DNA from: Planctomycetota bacterium
GTDB lineage: Bacteria > Planctomycetota > MHYJ01 > JACQXL01 > JACRIJ01
Direction of reading: 5' to 3'
NCBI GenBank assembly: GCA_016220095.1
Contig: JACRIJ010000044.1
Span: 4,191-68,190, forward strand
Length of the DNA: 64,000 nucleotides
Made by a program: the position numbers and the translations under genes. Of this stretch, positions 18,082 to 27,893 are shown in pieces. The notes beneath the pieces are model-generated. The model made no database searches and had not been told where the DNA came from. It was given only the letters and a program-made list of their open reading frames with translations. Within the stretch, counting starts at the first letter, position 1. Each line of letters opens with the position of its first letter.

Positions 18082-19236
18082 ATGTCAAAAAAATCATTGC
18101 AAACATACAATAAATTTGATAACCTGCCTGTCATGCATATTGACAAGATAGAATTATTACACCTGCGCCTGCCGCTGGTGCACCATTTTGAGACCAGCTT
18201 CGGCAGGGTTTACCAGCAGGAACCCCTGATTATCAGGGCATACGCCGAGGGTTTCATCGGCTACGGCGAATCCGCGGCCTCGGCTAACCCCTATTACAGC
18301 CCGGAAACCGTGCATACCTGCGGCCATATCATCAAGGACTTCCTATGGCCACGGCTAAAAAACACCAACATTATTTCGCCTGCGGAATTGCCGGGGATAT
18401 TCGGACAAATCCGCGGAAATAGCATTGCCAAGGCCGGCGTTGAAATGGCGCTCTGGGACATATACGCGCAAATGAACAGAAAACCGTTATGCGAGATATA
18501 CGGCGGCACGGACAGGGCCATCCCCGCCGGAGTCAGCCTCGGTATTACTGACACGCCGGATGAATTAATTGCCATGATTGGAAAATTCGTTAATAAAAAA
18601 TACAAACGGATTAAAATCAAAATCAAGCCCGGCTGGGACGTCAGGATTGTCGCGCAGATACGGGACAGGTACCCCGAACTGCCGCTTACCGCGGACGCCA
18701 ACGCGGCTTACACGCCGAAAGACATCAAGATATTCCATGAATTGGACAAGTTCAATCTGATGATGATAGAACAGCCATTGGATGAAAACGACCTGATTTA
18801 CCACGCCCGCATGCAGAAAGAGATTAAAACGCCCATCTGCCTTGACGAGAGCATAAAGAGCGTGCAGGACGCGGCGCAGGCCATAGAACTCGGCAGTTGC
18901 AGAATAATCAACATAAAGCAGGCGCGCGTAGGCGGATATACGAACGCAAAAACAATCCATGATATCTGCATGGACAATAATATACCGGTATGGTGCGGCG
19001 GACTTCTGGAAAGCGGGATAGGAAGATTGCATAATATCGCGCTTGCCACACTGCCGAATTTCCGCCTGCCGAACGATATCTCGGAAAGCGGGAGGTATTA
19101 TAAAGAAGACATCATAGAGCCGGCAGTAACGGTTACTGAAAATGGGGAAATAGAAGCCTCCAATTCCGCCGGGCTTGGGGCAGAGATATTAACGGAGAGA
19201 TTAAAACGATATACGATATCAGAAACGGAATGTTAA
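18082..19236 (+). CDS. Enolase-superfamily enzyme, o-succinylbenzoate synthase / N-succinylamino-acid racemase-like.
   Basis: The N-terminus IDKIELLHLRLPLVHHFETSFG is typical of OSBS/NSAR. It is followed by KIKIKPGWDVRIV, MMIEQPLDENDL and CLDESIKS, which are Mg-ligand regions of the MR/MLE family. It is divergent from the amidohydrolase gene. Confidence 0.75.
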   Translation: MSKKSLQTYNKFDNLPVMHIDKIELLHLRLPLVHHFETSFGRVYQQEPLIIRAYAEGFIGYGESAASANPYYSPETVHTCGHIIKDFLWPRLKNTNIISPAELPGIFGQIRGNSIAKAGVEMALWDIYAQMNRKPLCEIYGGTDRAIPAGVSLGITDTPDELIAMIGKFVNKKYKRIKIKIKPGWDVRIVAQIRDRYPELPLTADANAAYTPKDIKIFHELDKFNLMMIEQPLDENDLIYHARMQKEIKTPICLDESIKSVQDAAQAIELGSCRIINIKQARVGGYTNAKTIHDICMDNNIPVWCGGLLESGIGRLHNIALATLPNFRLPNDISESGRYYKEDIIEPAVTVTENGEIEASNSAGLGAEILTERLKRYTISETEC

Positions 19237-19304
19237 CGTATAACGCGGAAGATGAGAATATGTACGTGAGATTCCCACTCTATCTGAATCTTTTATGCAA
19301 AAAA

Positions 19305-19904
19305 CTACGAAATAACCGACAGCAGGAATTCCCTTAATTTACCCAATGCCATGCCCCTGTGGCTGATCCTGTTTTTATCTTCAAGCGGTATCTGCGCGAA
19401 GGTCTTTCCAAAAGGTTCGTAATAAAATACAGGGTCATATCCGAATCCCGATTCCCCCTGCGGCGTTTCAAGCATCCTGCCTTCGCAAACGCCGTCAAAT
19501 GTAAATATCTCGCCTTCCGGACCGCACAGCGCTATAACGCACTTGAATCTCGCCGTACGCCTTTCCTGCGGCACGCCTTTTAATTCGTCTAACAGCTTTT
19601 CTATGTTCTTTTGGGAATTGCCGTCTTCTCCGGCGTAACGCGCCGAATGCACGCCCGGCCTGCCCCCAAGGGCGTCCACTTCCAGCCCCGAATCATCGGC
19701 CATCGTCCAATGCCCCGTTGCCTTCATGTAATGCCTGGCTTTTTTCACGGCGTTCTCATAAAAATCCTCGCCGTCTTCAACCACATCGGAAATGTCCTTG
19801 AATTGTTCAAGAGATTTGGTTTTGACCGGAATATCCTTCAGGACATCCTCAATTTCAATTATCTTGCCTTTATTTTTTGTAGCGATTAACAATATCTTTG
19901 GCAT
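19305..19904 (-). CDS. rdgB: Non-canonical purine NTP pyrophosphatase (dITP/XTP pyrophosphatase, Ham1/RdgB family).
   Basis: MPKILLIATKNKGKIIEIEDVL...ADDSGLEVDALGGRPGVHSARYAG...FGYDPVFY. The start was moved to MPKILL at 19904; the ORF track gives 19964. Confidence 0.85.
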   Translation of the reverse strand: MPKILLIATKNKGKIIEIEDVLKDIPVKTKSLEQFKDISDVVEDGEDFYENAVKKARHYMKATGHWTMADDSGLEVDALGGRPGVHSARYAGEDGNSQKNIEKLLDELKGVPQERRTARFKCVIALCGPEGEIFTFDGVCEGRMLETPQGESGFGYDPVFYYEPFGKTFAQIPLEDKNRISHRGMALGKLREFLLSVIS

Positions 19905-19910
19905 AATACT

Positions 19911-20006
19911 AATTCTAAGATTAGAAGATTCTAAGATTGAAAGATTACAGATTACGACGCGCAAAAACCGATAATTTTCTAATCTTAGAATCTTTTCAAT
20001 CTTTAA
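19911..20006. repeat. Palindromic array of roughly 10-bp AGATTnnAAG units filling the whole dapL-rdgB spacer.
   Basis: aattctaagattagaagattctaagattgaaagattacagattacg...ctaatcttagaatcttttcaatcttt. Confidence 0.8.
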
Positions 20007-21159
20007 ATTTCAGGATCCTTTCAGCCGCCTTAAGCAGTATCGTTTCATCGCTGGTCAGTGATATTCTTACAAAGCCTTCTCCGCTCGGGCCGAAACCATT
20101 TCCGGGCGTTACGACGACATTCGCCTTTTCAAGAAGCGCATTGGCAAACGTAACCGACGTAAAGCCCTGCGGCACCCTGAACCACACGTAAAAAGTCGCC
20201 GGCTGGGGCTGGATATCAAGGTTCAGTTTTTTTAAGGCGTTTATAAAAACATTCCGGCGCCTCTCGTACATGGCGCGCAATTTTTTCACTTCCTCATCGC
20301 CGTTATCCAAAGCGTACGCGGCGGTCTCCTGAATGGCCATAAACTGGCCCGAATCAAGATTAGTCTTAAGTTCGCCCATAAGCTTTACCACGGCGGCATT
20401 GCCCGCAATCCAGCCCATCCTCCAGCCGCACATACTGAAGGTCTTGGAAAGCGAATGGAATTCCACGGCAACGTCCCTGCCGCCGCCCAATTGCAATACT
20501 GATACGGGCCTGTTCCCGAAGTACATCTCTGAATACGCGGCATCCTGGCACAAAACGATGTTATGTTCCGCGCAGAAATCTATTGCTATCCTGTAAAAAC
20601 TTTCGTCAGCCAACGCGCCTGTGGGGTTATTGGGATAATTCAGGTACATCAATTTTGTTTTTTTCGCTACTTCCGAAGGAATCTTTGAAAAATCCGGCAG
20701 GAAGCCGTTTTCGCTTTTCAACGGCATAAAATAAGGAATGCCTCCGGCGAAAATCGTACCAGACCTGTAAGGCGGATATCCGGGCTCGGGCACAAGAGTA
20801 TAGTCGCCGGGATTCACGAGAGCCAGTGGTATATGCGCGATGCCTTCTTTGGAACCGATAAGAGGATATATTTCCGTATTTGGATCAAGGGTTACGCCGG
20901 TATTGCGTTTATGCCAACGCGCTATGGCGGCGCGGAAATTAGGCGAGCCGTTATCAAACGGATATTTCTGCACATCCTGCAGGTGCAGGTTTTTCTTCAT
21001 TTCTTCCACGATAAATGACGGGGTAGGACTATCCGGATCGCCTACGCCGAGGTTAAGGACATCCTTGCCTTCGGCGATAAGCTGTTTTTTCTTTTTGTCA
21101 ATCTCCGCGAAAAGGTATGGCGGAAGCTGTTTTAACCGGCCGGATTTTTCTATTTGCAT
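19996..21159 (-). CDS. Class I/II PLP-dependent aminotransferase, LL-diaminopimelate aminotransferase-like.
   Basis: The PLP-lysine motif is SLSKTFSMCGWRMGW. The N-terminus is MQIEKSGRLKQLPPYLFAEIDKKK. The likely start is MQIEK at 21159; the ORF track gives 21195. Confidence 0.6.
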   Translation of the reverse strand: MQIEKSGRLKQLPPYLFAEIDKKKKQLIAEGKDVLNLGVGDPDSPTPSFIVEEMKKNLHLQDVQKYPFDNGSPNFRAAIARWHKRNTGVTLDPNTEIYPLIGSKEGIAHIPLALVNPGDYTLVPEPGYPPYRSGTIFAGGIPYFMPLKSENGFLPDFSKIPSEVAKKTKLMYLNYPNNPTGALADESFYRIAIDFCAEHNIVLCQDAAYSEMYFGNRPVSVLQLGGGRDVAVEFHSLSKTFSMCGWRMGWIAGNAAVVKLMGELKTNLDSGQFMAIQETAAYALDNGDEEVKKLRAMYERRRNVFINALKKLNLDIQPQPATFYVWFRVPQGFTSVTFANALLEKANVVVTPGNGFGPSGEGFVRISLTSDETILLKAAERILKFKD

Positions 21160-21180
21160 AAAAATTGCCTCCATAAACGA

Positions 21181-21208
21181 GTAGAGACACGCCATGGCGT
21201 GTCTCTAC
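21181..21208 (-). terminator. Perfect 12-bp-stem hairpin downstream of rpsI. The same stem recurs at 49022-49049.
   Basis: gtagagacacgccatggcgtgtctctac. On the minus strand an A/T-rich stretch follows (cgtttatggaggcaatttttatg). Confidence 0.5.
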
Positions 21209-21239
21209 GAAAATTTCAATACTATACAGTATCTCAGGA

Positions 21240-21638
21240 TTAACGTTTGGAGAACTGAACTCCCCTGCGTGCGCCGTGGAGCCCGTATTTCTTGCGTTCT
21301 TTCATGCGGGAATCCCTTGTAAGAAAACCGCTTTCACGGAGCTTCGGTTCCCACGTGGGTTCCACATTTTTTAACGCCCTTGATATGCCGAGGGTGATGG
21401 CTCCTGCCTGGCCTGACTTGCCGCCGCCATTTACGTTGCAGAATATGTCATACTTGCTTACAGTCTTGGTCACCTGGAGAGGCGCCAATATGTCGTTGAC
21501 CTGCTGGATGGAATTGAAATACTTGTCGTATTCAAGGCCGTTAACGGTAATTTTACCCGTACCTTTTTTCATCCATACGCGGGCTACGGAAGTTTTACGC
21601 CTGCCTACTCCGCGGATATAAAGAACGTCTTGTAACAT
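21240..21638 (-). CDS. rpsI: 30S ribosomal protein S9.
   Basis: ...GGGKSGQAGAITLGISRALK...KKYGLHGARRGVQFSKR. Confidence 0.95.
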   Translation of the reverse strand: MLQDVLYIRGVGRRKTSVARVWMKKGTGKITVNGLEYDKYFNSIQQVNDILAPLQVTKTVSKYDIFCNVNGGGKSGQAGAITLGISRALKNVEPTWEPKLRESGFLTRDSRMKERKKYGLHGARRGVQFSKR

Positions 21639-21651
21639 GCCTTTTTATCTC

Positions 21652-22080
21652 CTATAGCTTGATTGATTCCAACTGCTGTGCCTGATGAGGATGTTCCATG
21701 CCGGGATAGACTTTCAGTTTCCTGAACATGTACCTGCCGAGCGTATTTTTAGGAAGCATCCTGCGGACAGCTTCATAAACAATTGTTTCCGGCTGGGTTT
21801 TGACATATGTTGAAAATTTGGATTCTTTCCTTCCATGCGGATGGCCTGAATAACGCTGATATACCTTTACATCCGGCTTATTGCCCGTCAATTTAAGATT
21901 GGCGGCATTGATTACGACCACGAAATCGCCGGTATCGGTATTAGGCGTATATGTAGGTTTATGTTTGCCCATCAGGATAGTGGCAATGCGCGTGGCAAGT
22001 CTGCCAAGCGATTTGGTTGATGCGTCAACCAGATACCATTTCTTCTGAACGGACTCTCTTTTCGCCATGAATGTCTTCAT
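21652..22080 (-). CDS. rplM: 50S ribosomal protein L13.
   Basis: MKTFMAKRESVQKKWYLVDASTKSLGRLATRIATILMGKHKPTYTP. Confidence 0.95.
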   Translation of the reverse strand: MKTFMAKRESVQKKWYLVDASTKSLGRLATRIATILMGKHKPTYTPNTDTGDFVVVINAANLKLTGNKPDVKVYQRYSGHPHGRKESKFSTYVKTQPETIVYEAVRRMLPKNTLGRYMFRKLKVYPGMEHPHQAQQLESIKL

Positions 22081-22156
22081 TTGATACTACTCCTTAGTCT
22101 ACAACAAAGAAGCAAAAATTATACAAATTCCCATGGGAAAGTCAAGAAAAATGTTT

Positions 22157-23941
22157 TTACATCTCTTCCAGAGGCGCGATGCCGAGCAGATTAAGGCCGT
22201 TAGCCATCACTGTTTTTGCCGCGAAGGCAAGCAAAATCCTGGCCTTTGTCAATTCATTATCCGACCCGATTATCCTTACATCGTGCCAGTAGCGGCTGAA
22301 TTTTGACGCCAGATCAATAAGGTAATTGCTTATAAGAGACGGTTCAAATTGTTCCGCGGCATCTTCTATTACCTGCGGGAACCTGTACAATTCACGGGAT
22401 ATCTGGAATTCCAGGTCTTCTTTCAAAAGTCCGAAATCCGCCTTGCCATCAATTACCGCGTCGTAATTCCTCAAAAGGCTGGAAAGTCGCGTATGCGTAT
22501 ATTGCAGATACGGGCCGGTTTCGCCCTTGAAAGATTTAGTCTCACTGTCGTAATTAAGCACTGTCTGCCAGTCAAAATCCACGTCCTTGGCGCGCTTATT
22601 TTTCAAATCATTAAAAATAACAGCGCCTATGCCGACCGCCTTGGCGATAACTTCTTTCTTATCCGCGGACATCTCCCTGTCTTTAACTATTTCGCGCGTC
22701 AATTCTATTGCCCTGTCAAGAACATCTTCAAGCATAACGATCTTGCCGCGCCGCGTGGACATCTTTTCGCCCTTGAACCTAATCAAACCAAAGTTAACGT
22801 GATAACAGTTTTTCGCCCAATTTTTACCGGCAAGTTCAAGCACCTTAAAGAATTGCCTGAAATGCAATTTCTGGTCCGAACCGACCACATAAACAAGTTT
22901 ATCAAATCCATATTCATTGTACCGCCACATAGCCGCGGTGATATCGCGGGTAGCATAGAGAGTGGCGCCATCCGCCTTCTTCAGCAGGCACGGCGTCATG
23001 CCGTACGGTTCAAGGTCAACGATGAGCGCGCCCTGGCTTTCTTTAGTCAGGCCAAGCCGCGCCAATTCATCAATAACCGGCCCCATTTTATCGTTGAAAA
23101 AGCTTTCGCCGGCATAGGAATCAAAGGACACGCCAAGCAGGTCGTAAATCCTGCTGAATTCTTTTAAAGACAATTCCTTGAAGTGTTCCCACAACCGCCT
23201 TTCTTCTTTATTTCCCTGTTCAAGCCGCAGGAACCAGGCGCGTGCTTCCTGTTCAAGCGCAGGGTTTTTCTCGGATTCTTCATGGTATTTCACATACAAT
23301 TCATTCAGATATTCAACAGGGCCATCGCCCATCTTAGCCTCATCGCCCCATTTTTGGAAAGCGACGGCAAGTTTCCCGAACTGCGTGCCCCAATCGCCGA
23401 GAAAATTTATGCCGACGGTCTTATAACCGAGGGAATCATATATTCTTTTCAAAGCCGCGCCGATGACCGTGGAACGCAGGTGCCCTATGCCGAACGGCTT
23501 GGCAATATTCGGGGACGAAAAATCCAGGACAACGGTCTTGCCATTACCCGTGCTTGACGAACCGTATTTTTCTTTTTCGGCAAAGGCGGCCTGAAGGGAG
23601 ATTTCAATCACCTTATGGCGGTTAATGCGCGCGTTAACATACCCGCCGACGGCCTCAACTGAACTGATGAATTCATCCTGCTGAAATTTGGAGGATAGCT
23701 CTTCGGCAATTTGTTTAGGATTTTTTTGAGCAGAAGCTGACTCATACGCTTCTGATAATCCCAATAATTTGTCTTTATTCTGATTTGAAATAGCCGTTAA
23801 AGTTAAAAACGGCGCGCTGGACGCGTATTCGCCCATAGCCGCATCTGGCGGGCGGCTGATGGTACGGTTGATTTCCTCTTCGGATTTGCCGGAAAACCCG
23901 GCCAATTTTTTTACAAAATGCTGCCTGAAAACATCCTGCAT
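22157..23941 (-). CDS. argS: Arginine--tRNA ligase.
   Basis: The class I HIGH-type motif is PFGIGHLRSTVIG. The KMSK-type motif is KMSTRRGK. The protein is 594 aa. Confidence 0.95.
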   Translation of the reverse strand: MQDVFRQHFVKKLAGFSGKSEEEINRTISRPPDAAMGEYASSAPFLTLTAISNQNKDKLLGLSEAYESASAQKNPKQIAEELSSKFQQDEFISSVEAVGGYVNARINRHKVIEISLQAAFAEKEKYGSSSTGNGKTVVLDFSSPNIAKPFGIGHLRSTVIGAALKRIYDSLGYKTVGINFLGDWGTQFGKLAVAFQKWGDEAKMGDGPVEYLNELYVKYHEESEKNPALEQEARAWFLRLEQGNKEERRLWEHFKELSLKEFSRIYDLLGVSFDSYAGESFFNDKMGPVIDELARLGLTKESQGALIVDLEPYGMTPCLLKKADGATLYATRDITAAMWRYNEYGFDKLVYVVGSDQKLHFRQFFKVLELAGKNWAKNCYHVNFGLIRFKGEKMSTRRGKIVMLEDVLDRAIELTREIVKDREMSADKKEVIAKAVGIGAVIFNDLKNKRAKDVDFDWQTVLNYDSETKSFKGETGPYLQYTHTRLSSLLRNYDAVIDGKADFGLLKEDLEFQISRELYRFPQVIEDAAEQFEPSLISNYLIDLASKFSRYWHDVRIIGSDNELTKARILLAFAAKTVMANGLNLLGIAPLEEM

Positions 23942-24042
23942 AAATAGAATTCCAAAAAACTTCCTATATGGGTATTTTTACCAAAAACCGGCGTATTAGT
24001 CAAAAGAAATCCGTTTCCCTTTCGGCTCCCTGTTAAAAAGTA

Positions 24043-24070
24043 TTGACAATGTTAATAATAATGTTATTAT
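24043..24070 (+). promoter_or_regulatory. Sigma70-like promoter for csaA-tilS.
   Basis: -35 TTGACA (24043-24048), a 16-bp spacer, then -10 TATTAT (24065-24070). AGGAGG lies 6 nt before the csaA ATG at 24169. Confidence 0.5.
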
Positions 24071-24168
24071 ATTACACGTAACATAAAAATAGAATTGCGA
24101 TTCGTACCATATTTGGTATTATGCATACCGAATACAGCGCAGCGCATTCTGGAAAACCAGGAGGACTT

Positions 24169-24492
24169 ATGATCACCGCAGAAGAATTCAGTAAGATTGA
24201 CCTTCGCATAGCGAGAGTCGTTTCTGTTTCAGACCACCCCAACGCGAACAAATTGTATATCATGCAGATTGACATCGGCGGAGGCAACACAAAACAGGTA
24301 GTTGCCGGGCTGAAGCAATACATGAATCCTGAGAGCCTGCTTAATAAGCTCGTTGTAGTAGTGAACAATCTTGAACCAGCGACATTGCGCGGTGTGGACA
24401 GCCAGGCGATGCTGCTTGCCGCCGAGCATGACAGCGCGGTAATCCTGATTGTCCCTGAAAAAGATTTTCCCCCGGGCACAAGGGTACACTGA
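24169..24492 (+). CDS. csaA: tRNA-binding protein (CsaA/Trbp111 family).
   Basis: MITAEEFSKIDLRIARVVSVSDHPNANKLYIMQIDIGGG...LRGVDSQAMLLAA. The start was moved to MIT at 24169, after an AGGAGG RBS. Confidence 0.8.
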   Translation: MITAEEFSKIDLRIARVVSVSDHPNANKLYIMQIDIGGGNTKQVVAGLKQYMNPESLLNKLVVVVNNLEPATLRGVDSQAMLLAAEHDSAVILIVPEKDFPPGTRVH

Positions 24493-24495
24493 CTT

Positions 24496-25956
24496 ATGCA
24501 GCAATCGATAGAAAAAGACATACTCGCCATGGCCACGCAGACTATTGACGCCTTCAACATGCTTTACAACGGCGACAGCATCGTCGTCTCGGCGTCAGCC
24601 GGACCGGATTCAACCGCGCTTCTTGACATTCTTAACACGCTTTCAAAAGAAAAAAGATGGAAAATACACGTAGCCCACTTGAACCATAAAATCCGCGGCG
24701 CCGAATCCGACGCGGACGCCGAATTCGTAAAAAACCTCGCGTTAAAATACGGCCTGCCTTTTACCATTGAATCCATAGACATACCCTCCCTGGCGGAAAA
24801 AAGCACCGATTCCCTTGAAAATATCGCGCGCGAACAGCGTTATATGTTCCTGAAATACGTCGCTGAAACCGTCGGCGCGAACAAAGTAGCCACAGGCCAT
24901 ACGATTGACGACCAGGCTGAAACCGTTCTTCTGCGGCTTATGCGCGGCACGGGCCTGCGCGGCCTGCAGGGCATTCTCCACGTCAGAAGAATCACCAAGC
25001 GCTCCCCCATACTGGTCATCAGGCCTCTCCTGGAAATTGACAAGGAATTGATACTCGGATACCTCACCCAGAAAAAAATAGATTACCGCATTGACAGCAC
25101 CAACCTGACAAACCACTACCTTCGCAACAAGGTGCGCAATACGCTCATACCAAAACTGCAGGAAGAATATAATCTGGAAATATCCACATTGCTTGCCCAG
25201 CTCGCGAACCAATCCGCGGAGATGTTCAGCTATTTTGAAGCCGAGGTATCGGGCGCGCTGAGGCGGATAATCGTAGAAGAGGAAGACAACCGGATCACCC
25301 TTGACGCAAAGCACCTTGCAAGGGAACATATTTTCCTGCAGACCAATATCATCACCAGCGCCATCACCCTTCTGAAAGGCAATACTACGGGAATCACTTA
25401 CAAGCATTACAGAAGCATCCTGAACCTGCTTGAGAAAAACGGCTCCTGCGCTGAAGCGCAACTGCCTGGCAAGATATCCATACTAAAGGAATACGACCGC
25501 CTTATAATACATTACGGCCCCCTGAATGAAAGCAAGCTTGAGGAGGCATTCATCAGCAACCTCAGGATACCGGGCATTACCCTCATACCTGAGCTTTCGC
25601 TTGAAATAAAAACCGAAATCATAAACGCGTCCTCGTTTGATTTTGAAAATTTCAAGAAACACAAGACCGAAATGGAAGAAGTAATTGACCATGACAAGCT
25701 TTTTCAACAGCTTGCGGTGCGACTGCGCCGCAAAGGCGACACATTCCAACCGCTCGGAAGCACCGGAAGCAAGAAGCTGAAAAAACTCTTCATAGATAAA
25801 AAAATCCCCGCATCAAAAAGGCATGAAACCCCCATAATATCCTGCGGCAACGATATCATCTGGGTCGTAGGATGCCAGCTGGATAGAAGATTCTGCATTA
25901 CCAAATCAACTAATAACATACTGAAGCTGACCGCAAATTACCTGAAGTTAGTGTAG
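24496..25956 (+). CDS. tilS: tRNA(Ile)-lysidine synthetase.
   Basis: The PP-loop is SIVVSASAGPDSTALL. The ORF track gives 486 aa. It sits 4 bp after csaA. Confidence 0.9.
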   Translation: MQQSIEKDILAMATQTIDAFNMLYNGDSIVVSASAGPDSTALLDILNTLSKEKRWKIHVAHLNHKIRGAESDADAEFVKNLALKYGLPFTIESIDIPSLAEKSTDSLENIAREQRYMFLKYVAETVGANKVATGHTIDDQAETVLLRLMRGTGLRGLQGILHVRRITKRSPILVIRPLLEIDKELILGYLTQKKIDYRIDSTNLTNHYLRNKVRNTLIPKLQEEYNLEISTLLAQLANQSAEMFSYFEAEVSGALRRIIVEEEDNRITLDAKHLAREHIFLQTNIITSAITLLKGNTTGITYKHYRSILNLLEKNGSCAEAQLPGKISILKEYDRLIIHYGPLNESKLEEAFISNLRIPGITLIPELSLEIKTEIINASSFDFENFKKHKTEMEEVIDHDKLFQQLAVRLRRKGDTFQPLGSTGSKKLKKLFIDKKIPASKRHETPIISCGNDIIWVVGCQLDRRFCITKSTNNILKLTANYLKLV

Positions 25957-25970
25957 CGGCAATAGGCGCC

Positions 25971-26054
25971 GTTGAAGCTCCCTGCCGCAGCCTGTTGCGC
26001 CGAAACGGCCGCTTCGGCTGCGAAGGCTGGAAACTGCGGGGAATTCGCGCCTAA
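25971..26054. repeat. Family D hairpin element, copy c.
   Basis: ttgaagctccctgccgcagcc...gctggaaactgcggggaattcgc. Confidence 0.6.
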
Positions 26055-26088
26055 TAAAAACAAACGTTCCATCACACTTAGCCATTTA

Positions 26089-26335
26089 ACACTGGTAACC
26101 GGACAGTGAACGACGACGAATTAACAGGGACTTGACGAGACTTTCAAGGGACTGACGACGCCCGCTAAACAATGTATTAACAATAAAACGACGTAACCGT
26201 TAACCTGTGACGCCTTAACGCTTGTAATCTTATTGCAACATAGTCGTCGTGTCCCGTTTAAGGTCTCGTAGAGTCCCTGTTTAAAAACGTCCGTAGTCCG
26301 TGTTTACCCGTGCACAGACGGGTTACTAACACTGT
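26089..26335. mobile_element. MITE-like palindromic element, family A copy 2.
   Basis: cactggtaaccggacagtgaacgacgacgaattaacagggacttgacgagac ... gtctcgtagagtccctgtttaaaaacgtccgtagtccgtgtttacccgtgcacagacgggttactaacactg. It is homologous to 3410-3636. Confidence 0.6.
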
Positions 26336-26345
26336 CATTTAACAC

Positions 26346-26373
26346 TTGACTTTTTTGGTAATATTCGTATATT
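26346..26373 (+). promoter_or_regulatory. Sigma70-like promoter for the ferredoxin/ACAD genes.
   Basis: -35 TTGACT (26346-26351), a 16-bp spacer, then -10 TATATT (26368-26373). GGAGG precedes the ATG at 26439. Confidence 0.5.
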
Positions 26374-26438
26374 ATTCAGGTATAAACATAGAAGATTTTA
26401 ATTCACTTAATACTTTTTTATGGAGGCGATGAATATTT

Positions 26439-26645
26439 ATGCCGAAGAAAAAAATGCCCAAAATCATAGCCGATAGCTGCGTAGGCTGCGAATCCTGCGT
26501 TACCGCCTGCCCGGAAAGCTGTCTTGAAATGAACAACGACAATATCGCATCAATGACAAAACCTGACAAATGCACAAGCTGTGAATCATGCTTCCAAGCG
26601 TGCCCGTCCGAAGCCATTAAGATGGAAGAACAGGAATATAAATAG
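26439..26645 (+). CDS. 2x[4Fe-4S] ferredoxin.
   Basis: CVGCESCVTACP and CTSCESCFQACP. Confidence 0.85.
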   Translation: MPKKKMPKIIADSCVGCESCVTACPESCLEMNNDNIASMTKPDKCTSCESCFQACPSEAIKMEEQEYK

Positions 26646-26741
26646 AAGATAAAATATAAAAAACAGGAAGCAGGTATATATTATTATAGGAATGAGGATT
26701 TTGGCCTGAAAAGATGTGCGGTGGAGAAATAAGGATAGAAA

Positions 26742-27893
26742 ATGCTTAATTTTGAATTGACTGAAGAGCAAAATATGTTGCGCGAAACGGTTAGGGACTT
26801 TGCGTGTAAAGAAGTTGAACCGAAAGCAAAACAGATTGACGAAACCCAGGAATTCCCTGTTGATACGCTGAAAAAGATGGCGGAACTGGGCCTGTTTGGC
26901 ATCCCCGTACCCGAGGAATACGGCGGCGCGGGAAGCGATAATCTCAGCTATATTATTACCGTGGAAGAACTCGCGCGCGTATGCGGCTCAACGGCAATCA
27001 CGCTTGCGGCGCACATGTCACTGGGCACATATCCTATACTCGCCCACGGCTCGGAAGCGCAAAAAAAGAAATACCTGCCCGCGCTTGCTTCAGGCGAAAA
27101 ACTCGGTTCCTTCGGACTGACCGAACCCGACGCAGGTTCCGACGCCTCAGGCACTAAAACAACCGCAACAAGAAACGGCAATCATTACATAATCAACGGA
27201 AATAAAATATTCATAACCAACGCCGGTTACGCGGGCACTTTTACCATAACCGCGGTTACTGACAAGGCCGCCAAAGGCGCAAAAGGTATAAGCGCGTTCA
27301 TCCTTGAAAAAGGAACTCCGGGATTTTCAGTAGGCAAAAAGGAAGACAAACTCGGACTGCGCGGCTCTGATACAAGGGAATTGATTTTTGAAGACTGCAA
27401 AGTCCCCGCGGAAAACCTGCTCGGAAAAGAAAACGACGGTTTTAAAGTCTTCATGGATACCCTTGACGGCGGCAGGATAAGCATAGGCGCGCTCGCACTC
27501 GGCATAGCTCAGGGCGCGATGGACAAATCCGTCGCCTATTCAAAAGAACGAAAGCAATTCGGCCAATTCATAGGAAGCTTCCAGGCGATACAGAACATGA
27601 TCGCGGATATGGCTGTCGAAATAGAGGCCGCGAGGCATCTTGTTTACAACGCGGCACGCCTGAAAGACGCGCATCTGCCTTATTCCAAAGAATCCGCGAT
27701 AGCAAAACTATACGCCTCTGAAACCGCAATGCGTACAACAAAAAATGCCATTCAGATATTCGGCGGATACGGATATACAAAAGATTATCCGGTTGAAAGA
27801 TACTACAGGGATGCAAAATTGTGTGAAATAGGCGAAGGCACTTCGGAAATACAACGAATGGTAATCGCAAGACAAGTCATAGGGCGGTTATAG
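26742..27893 (+). CDS. Acyl-CoA dehydrogenase (short/butyryl-CoA type).
   Basis: [34 protein letters not shown]...; ...[25 protein letters not shown]. Confidence 0.9.
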   Translation: MLNFELTEEQNMLRETVRDFACKEVEPKAKQIDETQEFPVDTLKKMAELGLFGIPVPEEYGGAGSDNLSYIITVEELARVCGSTAITLAAHMSLGTYPILAHGSEAQKKKYLPALASGEKLGSFGLTEPDAGSDASGTKTTATRNGNHYIINGNKIFITNAGYAGTFTITAVTDKAAKGAKGISAFILEKGTPGFSVGKKEDKLGLRGSDTRELIFEDCKVPAENLLGKENDGFKVFMDTLDGGRISIGALALGIAQGAMDKSVAYSKERKQFGQFIGSFQAIQNMIADMAVEIEAARHLVYNAARLKDAHLPYSKESAIAKLYASETAMRTTKNAIQIFGGYGYTKDYPVERYYRDAKLCEIGEGTSEIQRMVIARQVIGRL

